IMG/VR virus record: IMGVR_UViG_3300037010_002464
Reading direction: 5' to 3' (one strand)
DNA: 64,000 nucleotides
DNA from: a virus
Below, piece by piece: positions 29,762-42,586 of this stretch (the stretch's first letter is position 1; every line of letters begins with the position of its first letter). Both the position numbers and the translations under genes were made by a program. The notes under the pieces were generated by a model. It did no database searches and was not told where the DNA came from. It saw only the letters and a program-made list of their open reading frames with translations.

Positions 29762-31674
29762 TAGATGAAGACCCTGTAGTGGTTCGTGATCGAGAAGGGC
29801 TCAACCGGGGTATAGGTGTAGACTCGGTAGGTTATGGGGCCGTACCCATTATTGCCGTACACTTGCATCGAGCTTTCTACAAAGTTGCCCTTAACTTCAG
29901 AGTCAGCGAGCTCTTGATAACGCACGGAGGCAACCGCTCGCCGGTCCGCTGGGTATGCAAAAGTTACGCTAGGTGAGCCAGGCGGGATCGTAATGACAAA
30001 GTTCGGAAGAATCGACCCACCGATGGCTACACCGGCTGAATCCACCGTAGCATTTACGTCTGAGCTAAACGTCGGTGTCAGGTTGTTTCGCACGTCGGCG
30101 CCGGTCATCGGCGCGCCTTCAGATGGCGAGCCATAGTATGCCAGCCATTTACCTACATAAGAGATGGAATTTGAGGGCGCTGTACCTGCAAGAATATGGC
30201 CAGTGCAATCCTCAACGCCCATGTTGTTGAGCTTGCAGTCGCCCTCGTTATAGCTCGTCGTACCCGAATAGACAACAGGCGAGAGCGTCTGTTGTATAAA
30301 ATTGTCGGTGTTCGGGTAGCTAGTTGCAAGCAGCACCGAGTTCTTTGACAGCGTAGTGCCGTTTTCAGGGCCACCGTCCCCTGGGTTGTAGCTTCGGTTG
30401 ACCTCGATGTCCAAGAACGTGCCGATCTCAGACACAGTAATTGAACCGATTTGATAGCTGTTCAGCAGCGGAATCTGAGATGACGGGTCCGGGTCAGGGA
30501 TGCTGTTGCCTGTGATGCCCATTGACGGCGCAACATAGCCAGGAGGCAGGGTACGCTGCGAGACTAGCAGCACAAACTGCGAGAATGTCAAGCCTTGAGT
30601 GAAGGTAAAGCCCTCATCGACCGCGCCGACGGAAGTGCCGATGACCTCAACGTCTTGGTCAAGCGGGCCCATGCCTTGACCGCCCATGCCTGCGGCGCCG
30701 AAGCGGTCAATGTCAAGCTGAATCGAGACCTCAGAGAGGATCGTGCCGACCTTTAGCTCGCCTAGCTGCGTTGCGTTGGACGGCGGACCCTGGTACAGCA
30801 CGCCGTTCACGCCGCAGAAGATGTCCTTGCCGAGCGAGAAGTCCCAGTTCCACTGGTCATTGTAAAGGATGCCGTCCTGCAGGTACTCGACCACGTCTCC
30901 GACGGCGGCTTCATGCGTAGAGATGCCGATCGGCCACTTCATGGCGTCAACGGGGCTTGCGAGTGCGGCGGTTGACAGGTTGATGTTGGTGACGCACACG
31001 AAGGCCGGAATCGGCTCTTGGGCGATCATCGCTGTCGAGCCAGCCTCGAGGTTGACCGGCGAGCTGTAGCGGCCAGTGTTGATGACGATGTTCGTCGCCG
31101 AAGTCAGCAGGGTGCCGTCGTCAAGCCTGATCGCTTTCAGGTCCTCGCCGTAGGTGATGTAACCCGCAGTGACGTTGACGTTTAAGCCCACCTGCGAGCC
31201 GAAGCTCCGGTGCGTGATGACTTGTGTGCTCGGGCCAAACGAAGCGGCGAAGACGCGGCAGCACTGCTTCCAGGTCGTCGAGTCCCAGTAGTACATGATG
31301 TGCTCGTTCGTGTTGAACCAGCACTGGTCAACACGTTGGCCTGTAGGCGCTGTCGGGCCGTAGGTGACCGACCACGGCGTGTAGCCCTTGGTCACATGAC
31401 CTGTAGCCAGGTTGATGTCCCAATACAGCTGATAGGTGATCAGCGAAGGAGGCGCGCCCCAAATAGGCAGCCAGTTGAACGGGCCCCATGACTGGGACTG
31501 GTTCACGCGCTCCTCGATGAGGTAATCCTTGTCACGATACGCGGCAGCCACGATCAACCACGGCGACGTGATGTTCACGTTTACGGTGCTATGGGTGTTG
31601 TTGTAGGTGAGGAAGTCGGGCTTGGACAGGATAGACCGAGCGCGAACGATGCCTTGACGAAAGTTGAGTTGCAT
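29761..31674 (-). CDS. Virion structural protein; N-terminal half paralogous to 33664-35031
   Basis: MQ..F.QGI...YWDIN.ATG.V..G.T; EPIPA...ND.W DUF2190-like domain. Confidence 0.65.
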   Translation of the reverse strand: MQLNFRQGIVRARSILSKPDFLTYNNTHSTVNVNITSPWLIVAAAYRDKDYLIEERVNQSQSWGPFNWLPIWGAPPSLITYQLYWDINLATGHVTKGYTPWSVTYGPTAPTGQRVDQCWFNTNEHIMYYWDSTTWKQCCRVFAASFGPSTQVITHRSFGSQVGLNVNVTAGYITYGEDLKAIRLDDGTLLTSATNIVINTGRYSSPVNLEAGSTAMIAQEPIPAFVCVTNINLSTAALASPVDAMKWPIGISTHEAAVGDVVEYLQDGILYNDQWNWDFSLGKDIFCGVNGVLYQGPPSNATQLGELKVGTILSEVSIQLDIDRFGAAGMGGQGMGPLDQDVEVIGTSVGAVDEGFTFTQGLTFSQFVLLVSQRTLPPGYVAPSMGITGNSIPDPDPSSQIPLLNSYQIGSITVSEIGTFLDIEVNRSYNPGDGGPENGTTLSKNSVLLATSYPNTDNFIQQTLSPVVYSGTTSYNEGDCKLNNMGVEDCTGHILAGTAPSNSISYVGKWLAYYGSPSEGAPMTGADVRNNLTPTFSSDVNATVDSAGVAIGGSILPNFVITIPPGSPSVTFAYPADRRAVASVRYQELADSEVKGNFVESSMQVYGNNGYGPITYRVYTYTPVEPFSITNHYRVFI

Positions 31675-31687
31675 AACTAGCCGCTAT

Positions 31688-33663
<1,976 letters not shown>

Positions 33664-33667
<4 letters not shown>

Positions 33668-35031
33668 TGTGGAACGATCATCCAAGAGATCAGCGATGTA
33701 TCAGCCGCCTGAACAGCACCGAGATAGTCTCGAGAGGTAATCGTGAAGCTGTTTTCAAGCTTCACGATTGAGTAGCTGCAACCGATGGTGCCGCCGTCTG
33801 ACAGCCGGTTGACAAACACAAGGTCAGAGTCGCCCATCGTAGCTGTGACTGTAGCCGTACCGTTGACAAGCGTAGTGATGCCGACGGTTGTCGTAGTTTG
33901 CGGCGCTGGGCCAGTCGGACCTTCGGGACCCGTTGGCCCAGCAGAACCGTCTGCCCCTGTCGGGCCAGCGGCTCCAGCTGGGCCGGTAGAACCTACACCC
34001 CCTAAGGCTCCGGTCGGGCCGGTAAGGCCGCGCGGGCCCGTCGGGCCTGCATCGCCGCCACCAGGGCCAGTAGGACCGACAACCGAAGACATGTTGTCCA
34101 GCATGAAGCTGAGCAACAGCGACTTGTGGCCTCGTACCACGCCGACGGCTTGCGCGATGCTATTGAACGGCCGGGAGGTCGTAACGGCGCCGCCTGAGTC
34201 GAGCCAAAGCAGCTTGCCGATGTCTTCATCATCGAAGTCAAACTGGTCATTGATGACCACGCCGCTCGACACGACATGTGCAGGCAGACCTGTGCCTGTT
34301 GCCTGCCGAACATAGCCAGACGCCCACCGATCAAGGTCAGGGTCAGCGACTACGAGTGCACCTGGCGCTTGAATGGCGACAAATGAGCCGGCTGGGATCG
34401 GCTCAGCGGCCAGCGTGTACTCCTGCTCGGCATCGAGCGAGACCACGTTGTCGAAGCCGCCGACTATGACCTTGAAGCCGTTGGCCGAGTTGATGAAGGT
34501 GCCGTCAAGCGGGTCTTGCACGCCGCGGCCGCTCAGGCCGTACACGATGTAGCCGGCGCTAGAAGGAGTGGCAAGACCTACCTGTGACGCAAACGGCCAA
34601 GGCTCTACGGCGAGGTTCAGCACGTGGCCAGCAAACACTCGGATCTTAGGGACCCAGGCGCCGTCGTAGCCGTAGTACATGACCTTTTCTGTCGTGTTGA
34701 AGTAGTGGAGGCCGTTCGTAACAGTCAACGGCATCAACGGGCCATACTGCGGCGCCGTAGTTGTGAAGCCGCGTGAGACAGCGGCTGTTGCGGTGTTGAT
34801 GTCCCAATAGAGCCATGCGTTGCCTGTTGTCGGCAGCGGGCCCCAAGCGTGCGAGACGTTATATGGCTCGTCAAGCAGGTAGTTTCGAGTCTTGTGAGCG
34901 GTCGTAGCGAGGAGCTTTTGATCCGTGACGTAGATGTCAACGTAAGCTCCGTCCATCTGAAGAAACAGGCGCGCATTGCCAGGCAGGGCGGTCTGTCCCT
35001 TAAGAATGCCTTGAATGTACGGTACCTGCAT
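33664..35031 (-). CDS. Virion protein with short GPT collagen segment
   Basis: N-terminus paralogous to 29761-31674; GPTG repeats near the C-terminus. Confidence 0.75.
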
Positions 35032-35057
35032 GAAGACCCTCTTAAAATGCTTCTATG

Positions 35058-35128
35058 TGACAGCCATAGATATAATGTCTGTCGGTCAATCCCTCTATTT
35101 ATGCATAGAGGGCTGACAGCTATAGAAT
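35058..35128. promoter_or_regulatory. Divergent control region between the collagen operon and the glycosyltransferase operon
   Basis: Direct repeat TGACAGCyATAGA (35058, 35114); TATAAT and TAGAAT boxes (+); TAAATA (-) inside hairpin CCCTCTAT/ATAGAGGG. Confidence 0.6.
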
Positions 35129-35137
35129 AGGATACAC

Positions 35138-36904
35138 ATGCCGTATAGCTCAGAATCGGGTAAGCCGATCATCAAAGCCGTCCTCCAACGGCTCGCAAGC
35201 CGTCGCAAGAATGAAGAGCTCAAAGCTCTCGACATTGGTGCGGGTAGTGGGACCTACCCGAAGCTCGTCAACCAGCTCTTTCCAAAGATCGCTTGGACAG
35301 GGGTTGAAATCTGGGAGCCGTATGTCGAACAGTTTGGCCTCAACGAGCTATATGACCAGCTGCTAATCCAGGACGCGCAGTCAGCCATGGCTTGGCTGCT
35401 CACCGAACAGCAGCATCTTCAGCGCTTCGACCTGATCTTCATCGGTGACGTGCTTGAGCACATGACACGACCTGTTGCGCTGTACGTGCTCAACATGGCG
35501 AAGCAGCTGCTCAGCGAACGTGGCATGCTGATTGTGTCGGTGCCTATCGGCGACTACCCCCAAGGCGAGTACTTGGGCAACCCGCACGAAGCGCACGTTG
35601 ACACCTGGTTGACCCTTAAGGAGCTAGAGCTGGCGTTAATGCCCGAGTCTGTCAAGAGCGGTCACATTGGGCCGTGGTCATCACGGGCTGTGCAAGATAA
35701 TGAGATCGGCGTGGGCTTCTACTACGCATCGCATATCTACGGCACGCTTCGACCTAGCATTGGCGCTTACCTGATTTGCAAGAACGAGGGTGAGTTCATC
35801 AATCGTTGCTTAGACAGCCTGGATGACTGCAATGTCGTTATCGCTTGCGACACCGGCTCGACCGATGACACGCTTGCCAGGCTCAATACGTATGCCGAGT
35901 CGCCTGACTTCGGCCCAGAGATGCAAGTGCACGAGCTTTGCGTCTCTCCTTGGCGCTTTGATGACGCGCGCAACGCCGCGCTCAGCTTCATGCCGAGCGA
36001 CATCGACTTGTGCATCTCAATCGATGCCGATGAGACTCTCGAAGGCTCATTCGTGCCTGACCTGCGCAAAGCGTGGTGGGACACCTTCTGGCAAGGTAAA
36101 ATCATCGACCGGGTCTACCACTCGTTTTCGACCCACTGGAACTGGGACAAGCCTGACGAAGCCCCGAACGTCTCGAACCACTTCCATGAGCGGATCCATA
36201 GCCGGTTCGGCTACCGCTGGTTCCACCCAGTGCATGAGAAGCTGGTAGCGAGCAATGAAGCTTGCGCGATCTGGCGCACTGGCCTGCTGATGAAGCAACA
36301 GCCTGACAATAGCAAGAGCAGGTCATCCTACTTGCCGCTGCTCGAACAGGCTGTCAAAGAGGACCCGACCGACTGGAAGCTGTGGTCCTTCTTATCGAGC
36401 GACCTCGCTGCAGCCGGACGAATTGATGAGGCTCTGGCAGCCCTTGAAACTTGCGGCCAACAGCCTGAGGCTGACAAGGCGTTCATCTGCTGGCGTAAAG
36501 CAGGCCTCTATGAGCACAAGGGCGACATCGACAAGGCCTTGGTTGAGCTCGAAAGCTCAACCAAGCTGAAGCGAATCCGTGAAAGCTTCGTGCTGTGGGC
36601 TGAGATGCTTGAACGGCATGCCAGGCCAGCACAGAACGCCTGGCATGCAGCTCTTCGCTGTGAACAACCCACCCAAGGCTACATGCGGCGCGAGGACGTG
36701 TGGACGCCTGAGTTCAAGGCGATGCTCGAAGAGAAGGTGGACTGGGAGCCACCTAACTTTGTCTACAATGCAGGCGGCGAGCTGCTCAAGCTCTATAACG
36801 CGGGCTCGATCGGCGCCGATGAGTACTTGTCGGTGATGAACGCGCTCGGCGCCGCCATCGATCCAGCAACATTCAAAGCCTCAGAGGCAGAACGGAAGAC
36901 CTAA
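35138..36904 (+). CDS. SAM-methyltransferase / GT2 glycosyltransferase / TPR fusion
   Basis: LDIGAGSG, GVEIW, GDVLEH; ICKNE, DTGSTD, PWRFDDARN, IDADE, VHE; helical TPR-like C-terminus. Confidence 0.85.
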   Translation: MPYSSESGKPIIKAVLQRLASRRKNEELKALDIGAGSGTYPKLVNQLFPKIAWTGVEIWEPYVEQFGLNELYDQLLIQDAQSAMAWLLTEQQHLQRFDLIFIGDVLEHMTRPVALYVLNMAKQLLSERGMLIVSVPIGDYPQGEYLGNPHEAHVDTWLTLKELELALMPESVKSGHIGPWSSRAVQDNEIGVGFYYASHIYGTLRPSIGAYLICKNEGEFINRCLDSLDDCNVVIACDTGSTDDTLARLNTYAESPDFGPEMQVHELCVSPWRFDDARNAALSFMPSDIDLCISIDADETLEGSFVPDLRKAWWDTFWQGKIIDRVYHSFSTHWNWDKPDEAPNVSNHFHERIHSRFGYRWFHPVHEKLVASNEACAIWRTGLLMKQQPDNSKSRSSYLPLLEQAVKEDPTDWKLWSFLSSDLAAAGRIDEALAALETCGQQPEADKAFICWRKAGLYEHKGDIDKALVELESSTKLKRIRESFVLWAEMLERHARPAQNAWHAALRCEQPTQGYMRREDVWTPEFKAMLEEKVDWEPPNFVYNAGGELLKLYNAGSIGADEYLSVMNALGAAIDPATFKASEAERKT

Positions 36905-36907
36905 GTA

Positions 36908-37462
36908 GTGTTTCATTACATCTACAAAACTACTTGTTTAGTTACAGGTCGATATTACATCGGCATGCATACTACCAAGAAGCTCGAAGATGGCTATTTG
37001 GGCTCTGGGAAGTTGATCCGTAGGTCTATTGAAAAATATAGATCGGATCAACATGCCAAGATCATCCTCGAGTATTGCCAGAGCTTAGATGAAGTAAAGC
37101 GACGTGAACGCGAAATCGTCACACATGCGTTAATTGCCGATGACCTATGCATGAATTTGAAAATCGGTGGTGAAGGTGGCGGTGAGCGCGGCGTTAAACG
37201 ATCAGCTGAAACGCGGGCACGAATGTCGGCTTCAATGAAAGGCATTCCTAAAAGCCCCGAGCATGCTGAGAAAATGTGGCAAGCTAAAATAGGCACAACC
37301 GCATCCGCAGAAACCCGTGCCAAAATGTCAACATCTCGGATAGGGAAGAAATTGCCCTTCAGTGCTGAGCACATTGCAAAACTAACAGAAGCACGCCAAA
37401 ACCGCCGCGATGAAGGTCGAGACAAGCATAATCTAGGACGTAAATTTCCAAGGACCGAATAA
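36908..37462 (+). mobile_element. Free-standing GIY-YIG (Seg-like) homing endonuclease with NUMOD3 repeats
   Basis: YIYKTT...YYIGMH...YLGSG; SAETRA(R/K)MS twice; AT-richer insert between the two GT genes. Confidence 0.85.
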
Positions 37463-38550
37463 TGAAAGTTTCTGTTTATACAATTGCCCTCAATGAGTCC
37501 AAGCATGTGAACCGCTTCATGGACTGCCTGGTCAATGAGGCTGATGATGTCTACGTGCTTGACACGGGCTCCACAGACGACACGGTAAAAAAGCTCCGAG
37601 CACGCGGCGCTATAGTCAAGACGGGCGTCTTCTCTCCGTGGCGCTTTGACACGCCGCGCAACGCTTCGCTCGCTATGGTGCCTGCAAGCACCGACATCTG
37701 CGTCTGTATCGACCTTGACGAGGTCCTGACACCCGGCTGGCGGGCGGCCGTGGAGAGGGCTTGGGTGCCTGGCACGACACGCCTACGTTACAAGTACGCA
37801 TGGAGCCACAACGCCGACGATACGCCGGCTACCACATTCTACTACGACAAGATCCACCAGCGCAAGAACTACCGTTGGGTCAAGCCTGTGCACGAAATCC
37901 TTCAGCTCTACAACGAGCCCGAGGTGCAAGCGTGGTCGGAGGAGTTCATGCTTCACCACTACCCAGACGTGTCCAAGAGCAGGTCATCCTACCTGCCGCT
38001 GCTCGAGCTAGCTGTCAAGGAGGAGCCGCATGATGACCGCAGCTGCCATTATCTGGGCCGTGAGTATATGTACTATGGCCACTACGACAAGGCTATCACA
38101 GAGCTGCAACGTCACCTGAGCTTGCCGTCGGCTACGTGGGCCTCCGAGCGCGCGGCATCGATGCGGTTCATCAGTCGCTGCCACATGTTCAGAGGTGACT
38201 ATGAGGCCGCCAAGGTCTGGGCGCTGAAGGCGTGCGCTGAAGCACCTAATGACCGCGAGCCGTGGTACGAGCTAGCCAAGGTCGCCTACTTGCTGAAGGA
38301 CTTCAACCTGCTATACAGCTCAGCCGAAGCAACCCTGAAGACCGGCGAGCAAGGCCGTACCTACATCAGCGATCCAGAGGCATGGGGCTACTTGCCGTAT
38401 GACTATGCGGCGCTCGGAGCTTGGAACATCGGCTTCAAGAGCAAGGCGCTTGAGCACGGCCGACTGGCTTATGAGCGGGCGTTGAAGCTGCAAGAGCCTG
38501 AGCAGGTTATTGAAAGGCTCAAAACAAACATCACATTCTACAACAGCTGA
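37462..38550 (+). CDS. GT2 glycosyltransferase with TPR repeats (SunS/SgtA-like architecture)
   Basis: YTIALNE, DTGSTD, PWRFDTPRN, IDLDE, PVHE, KSRSSYLPLL, YLGREY. Confidence 0.88.
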   Translation: MKVSVYTIALNESKHVNRFMDCLVNEADDVYVLDTGSTDDTVKKLRARGAIVKTGVFSPWRFDTPRNASLAMVPASTDICVCIDLDEVLTPGWRAAVERAWVPGTTRLRYKYAWSHNADDTPATTFYYDKIHQRKNYRWVKPVHEILQLYNEPEVQAWSEEFMLHHYPDVSKSRSSYLPLLELAVKEEPHDDRSCHYLGREYMYYGHYDKAITELQRHLSLPSATWASERAASMRFISRCHMFRGDYEAAKVWALKACAEAPNDREPWYELAKVAYLLKDFNLLYSSAEATLKTGEQGRTYISDPEAWGYLPYDYAALGAWNIGFKSKALEHGRLAYERALKLQEPEQVIERLKTNITFYNS

Positions 38551-38564
38551 ATACAATCAAATCT

Positions 38565-39407
38565 ATGTCTGAAATTGAACAAGCATTCCGCAAGATCTAC
38601 GCTGATGTCGCTGCCGGCCAAGAGTGCTCACCCCGTGGCCAGAAGGTCATCGAGGTCGAGAACTATGCTTACGAGCTGCCGCCTTATGCTCGCTTCGCCA
38701 ACTTTGACGCTCGCAAGCTGAAGCTTGGCTACGTCAAGAAAGAGCTTCTCTGGTACCTGAAGGCCGACCCGTTTGACCTCAGCATCGTGGACGCCGCCTC
38801 TCTCTGGCAAGAGCTGCCCAACCCCGACGGCACCATCAACTCGCACTACGGCGCTCACGTCTTCGGTCGTGGTGATGATCAGTGGCGCACGCCGTTGAGC
38901 ATCGGAGTTCCGTTGGCGCACAAGAGCCAGTTCTCGGCGATCATCGCTGAGCTGCAGCGCGACAAGGACTCTCGCCGTGCCTCGGCGACCATCCTCAATC
39001 GCAGCCACCTGCTCAACCCAGCGACCAAGGACTTTCCTTGCACCTACGCCCTCAACTTCCGCATCCGCGACAACGAGCTAAAGATGAGCGTGCACATGCG
39101 CAGTCAGGACGCTGTCTTCGGCATGGGCAATGACGCGCCGGCTTTCTCGTTGATTCAAGAGATGGTCTACGTCTGTCTGCGTGACTTCGCTTACCCTGAC
39201 CTGCAGATGGGCTCTTACCACCACATCGCCGACTCGTTCCACTACTACGAGAGGCACTTCGACATGGTGAAGGAAATCAATGCAGGCTCGGCCTTCACGC
39301 CCATCGAAGTACCCCGCATCCGTGACGCTAGCGAGGTAATCTACCTGCTAGGTAACATCAGCAAGGATTCCAAGCCGGGCGACTTCACCGCCTGGCTCAA
39401 CTCTTAA
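38565..39407 (+). CDS. dCMP hydroxymethylase-like thymidylate-synthase-fold enzyme (T4 gp42-like)
   Basis: DFPCT, MRSQDAVFGMGND (Asp at the base-specificity position), SFHYYERHF. Confidence 0.8.
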   Translation: MSEIEQAFRKIYADVAAGQECSPRGQKVIEVENYAYELPPYARFANFDARKLKLGYVKKELLWYLKADPFDLSIVDAASLWQELPNPDGTINSHYGAHVFGRGDDQWRTPLSIGVPLAHKSQFSAIIAELQRDKDSRRASATILNRSHLLNPATKDFPCTYALNFRIRDNELKMSVHMRSQDAVFGMGNDAPAFSLIQEMVYVCLRDFAYPDLQMGSYHHIADSFHYYERHFDMVKEINAGSAFTPIEVPRIRDASEVIYLLGNISKDSKPGDFTAWLNS

Positions 39408-39431
39408 CCTAACAGTATCGGAAATAACATC

Positions 39432-39707
39432 ATGAAGATCATCGCAATCAAGTTCCCGCAAGGTGACGAAATCATCGGCCGCCTGGCCTCCGAGACCGAT
39501 ACCACGGTCACCATCGAGTCGCCGCGAGCCATCGGCATTCAAGAGAATGAAAATGGTGTCGGCTTGGGATTCATGCCTTGGCTTTTGTCCGCTCCTGACG
39601 CCACGGTCACGATTGACCGTAACCAGGTGGCAGCCCTATTTGAGCCGCGTGCGGACATCGAGAAGGCCTACCTCCAACAGACCTCCCGCATTCAGCTGAT
39701 GGGCTGA
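39432..39707 (+). CDS. Small Sm-like-fold phage protein
   Basis: K...GDEIIG...P......G.MPW....P...IEKAY pattern typical of T4-like phages. Confidence 0.55.
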   Translation: MKIIAIKFPQGDEIIGRLASETDTTVTIESPRAIGIQENENGVGLGFMPWLLSAPDATVTIDRNQVAALFEPRADIEKAYLQQTSRIQLMG

Positions 39708-39711
39708 AATA

Positions 39712-40200
39712 ATGCATAAGATCTACCTTGCAGGCCCGATTACGGGCTGTTCTTGGGGAGAGTCCGAAAATTGGCGTGACAAGTTCAAAGCCTTCGAGAT
39801 TCCCAATGTCCAGTGCTACAGTCCGCTTCGGGGCAAGGAGTACCTCAAGGGTGACCGCATGATCGCCGACAGCTACATGCAGCATCGCATGAGCACAGCC
39901 AAGGCGATCATGGTCAGGGACGCCTTTGATGTGCGCAGCGCAGACGCCGTCGTGGTCAACTTCCAGGGTGCTCAACGAGTTAGCATTGGCACCGTCATGG
40001 AGATCGCTTGGGCTTGGGACCGCAACAAGCCTGTGATCGCCATCTTTGACGAGCCAGGAACGCCAGACCCAGCCGTCTACGCTCCTGGTACCGCACCGCG
40101 AGACATTCATGAGCATGCTATGCTAAATGAGGCAATCTCGTGGAAGGTGTACAATCTCGAAGACGCCGCTGAAATTTGTCGGCTGTTGTTCAACGCATAA
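39712..40200 (+). CDS. Nucleoside 2-deoxyribosyltransferase / nucleotide N-glycosidase family (DNPH1/MilB-like)
   Basis: IYLAGPI, RD..DV..AD.VV, SIGTVMEIAWA, KPVI. Confidence 0.8.
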   Translation: MHKIYLAGPITGCSWGESENWRDKFKAFEIPNVQCYSPLRGKEYLKGDRMIADSYMQHRMSTAKAIMVRDAFDVRSADAVVVNFQGAQRVSIGTVMEIAWAWDRNKPVIAIFDEPGTPDPAVYAPGTAPRDIHEHAMLNEAISWKVYNLEDAAEICRLLFNA

Positions 40201-40215
40201 AATATCTAATCGGTC

Positions 40216-40251
40216 AATGCCTTCTACAGATACATATTTGTAGGAGGTATT
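40216..40251 (+). promoter_or_regulatory. RBS-sequestering hairpin upstream of the endonuclease
   Basis: CCTTCTACAGA-tacata-TTTGTAGGAGG pairs over the GGAGG SD. Confidence 0.7.
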
Positions 40252-41157
40252 ATGCTATTAGAGATTATTGATACATCACAAAAGTTTGACAGAGCTATTA
40301 GGCTATGGAAAGTTGCTTGTGATGACTGCACAATAGAACAACTTAGAACATTCAATCAAATTCGTAACAGCGAACAACGATGGAACGGATTCCATATTTG
40401 TAAGCCTTGTGCAACACGAAGAACCAACAAGACCAAGACACAAGAGGATTATGCAATCGCTGGAGAGGCTGGGCGATTGGCAACCAAAAATAAACGCTTA
40501 GAAGAAATCGTGGGTGAGACTAAGGCAAAACGAATCAAAACGGAGTATACAGCTAAAAGATCTGGGAAAAATAATCCAAACTTTGGTGGCAAATTATCAC
40601 GCGGATTCGCGGATAGACCTCTCAGAGGAAAATGGGAGGATTTGTTCGGAATAGAAAAAGCAGCTGACATGAAACTTAACATGTCAATTCGCAATAGCGG
40701 TTCTGGCAATCCAATGTACGGTCAACCTACACCAAAGAAGGCCGGGTGTGGTATTAGCGGTCACTACAAAAACTTCTATTTTCGCAGCTTGCTTGAGTTA
40801 TCAATGATGCTCATGTTAGAAGCAAATAGCATAGTTTGGATATCAGCAGAGTCTAAAAATCATCGTTTCAAATATATGATAGACGGAAGAGAACGATCAT
40901 ACTTCCCTGATTTCTATCTACCGGCAACTGATGAGTACATCGAAATCAAACCGAAATCGCTTAGCAGATCTAGAGAGGTCCTAGCTAAACTTGATGCAGT
41001 ACGAGCTACTGGGAAGAGAATAAAATTGCTCTCGGATGAGAATGTGAATAAAATCTCATATGCTAAGTTGATAAAGTTGATGGCTGATCAAACAATTGTC
41101 ATTGACAATAGTAAGTTAAAAAGAGTTGAAAAATATGCTGCAAAACATAATTTGTGA
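40252..41157 (+). mobile_element. Free-standing homing-type endonuclease: NUMOD-like repeats plus TnsA-N-like PD-(D/E)XK domain
   Basis: GKNNPNFG, GSGNPMYG, FRSLLE, YFPDFY...IEIKP; markedly AT-rich. Confidence 0.75.
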
Positions 41158-41716
41158 AGGTTTGGACAGGCTTGGTAAAAGCACGCTTGTTGACAACCTT
41201 AAGCAACGGCTCGGCCACTTCACCAGCCTGCATTACAGCAAGCCTGAGCTGCTGTCCTACTACGAGCTACGAGTCGGGCGGGGCAAGGCGCACGAGTTCT
41301 ACCAGCGCGATTCCTTCGGTGGCATGTTCAAGCTTCTCGCTTCGGACGCTCGGGTCATCATGGACCGCGGCCACCTCGGCGAGATGGTCTATGCCCATCG
41401 CTATCGCGGCTATGACGGCAGCTACGTGCTCGACCTCGAGCAAGGCAAGGGCGTTGACAACACCCTGCTCGTCCTGCTCGTCAATCATGACGTGGACCTC
41501 GAAGCAAGGCTCGTCGATGACGGCCTCGGCTTTGACTGGGGCAAGCGCAAGGAGGAGCAAGAGGACTTCATCACCGCCTTCCGCCGCTCCAAGATCAGCC
41601 ACAAGGCGCTCATCAATGTAGGACGACAGGGCCACTTCATCGACCAAGCGGAGATCATCGATGCTGTCTCCCAAGCCTACCTCAAAGCCGCCTGGTACAC
41701 CAGCATCGATGCTTGA
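41135..41716 (+). CDS. Thymidylate/dNMP kinase family
   Basis: IICEGLDRLGKST P-loop; MDRGHLGEMVY...YRGY. Confidence 0.8.
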   Translation: MLQNIICEGLDRLGKSTLVDNLKQRLGHFTSLHYSKPELLSYYELRVGRGKAHEFYQRDSFGGMFKLLASDARVIMDRGHLGEMVYAHRYRGYDGSYVLDLEQGKGVDNTLLVLLVNHDVDLEARLVDDGLGFDWGKRKEEQEDFITAFRRSKISHKALINVGRQGHFIDQAEIIDAVSQAYLKAAWYTSIDA

Positions 41717-42107
41717 CTTCTCCCACGAAGCGGCTTACAAGCTGCTTCTTAGGTTTAGGCACGTACCGACGGCGATCAAGGGTTTCCTCGCCCTCACCTC
41801 GGCAAATGTGCACATCACGGATGCGAGCATGTCTCAGACGCTGATTGGCAGCACCGACGGCAACGTCCTGACCGGCACCGTACTGAACTTTAGCGGCGGG
41901 CCGTACGTTGAGCTGTTTGACGGCTTATGCGCGCTAAGCTCAAGCTCAACGCCGATGCTAACGGTTCACGAGCTAAGCTCATATGATACAATCGAGGCCG
42001 CCTACATAGACTCGAGGCTGGGCTCATTCTTGGTGAGCAAGGTTGCGTGCAGGACGCATCGAGGCCTCTCATTGACAGCTCACATCAAGTACCCAACATG
42101 GTGCTGA
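41709..42107 (+). CDS. Hypothetical protein
   Basis: ATG at 41709 overlapping the kinase end. Confidence 0.45.
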   Translation: MLDFSHEAAYKLLLRFRHVPTAIKGFLALTSANVHITDASMSQTLIGSTDGNVLTGTVLNFSGGPYVELFDGLCALSSSSTPMLTVHELSSYDTIEAAYIDSRLGSFLVSKVACRTHRGLSLTAHIKYPTWC

Positions 42108-42330
42108 TGCACTTTGACTCCAAGACCAAGTCGCCCAGCATGGCGGCGTAGCGCTCGGCTTGTTCGCTACCTCCGACAAGGTCTATGTCAGCTGTGCGCC
42201 TGAGTTCTGGCGCTACGGTAATGTCGAAATCGTCTGCCAACGGCATGGCATCCCGTTGCACCCAACCCTGCAAGAGCTGCTCGGCGCAACGCTGCCGCTC
42301 GTCCAAGGAGCCGGATTGTCATGGAGATAG
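42098..42330 (+). pseudogene. C-terminal remnant of a second nucleoside-deoxyribosyltransferase-like gene
   Basis: MHFDSKTKSPS / LGLFATSDKVYVSCAPEFWRYGNVEIVCQRHGIP across a frameshift. Confidence 0.6.
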
Positions 42331-42524
42331 GATTCCTCATCTTCATGGTCGCTATCCTAGGTTTTGAGATGGCGATCAGCATCAAGGCCCGCGACGGCTA
42401 TGAGCATGACAAGCGCATCAATGAACAGTTGCGTGCTGAGATTCGAGCAGGCTTGACACAGCTTGCCGAGAAAAATAGTGCCAAGCCAAAGCTGCGCAAG
42501 GTCAGCCGAAAGCGGCCGAGATAG
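42321..42524 (+). CDS. Small membrane-anchored protein
   Basis: N-terminal hydrophobic helix, basic tail, GGAG SD. Confidence 0.55.
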   Translation: MEIGFLIFMVAILGFEMAISIKARDGYEHDKRINEQLRAEIRAGLTQLAEKNSAKPKLRKVSRKRPR

Positions 42525-42555
42525 GTTTACACCAAGCCGCTTTAGCGGTTACAAT
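42525..42555 (+). promoter_or_regulatory. T4-type early promoter
   Basis: GTTTACA-18 nt-TACAAT. Confidence 0.65.
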
Positions 42556-42586
42556 CCTCATAGCTTAACTAACTGTGAGGATTGCG

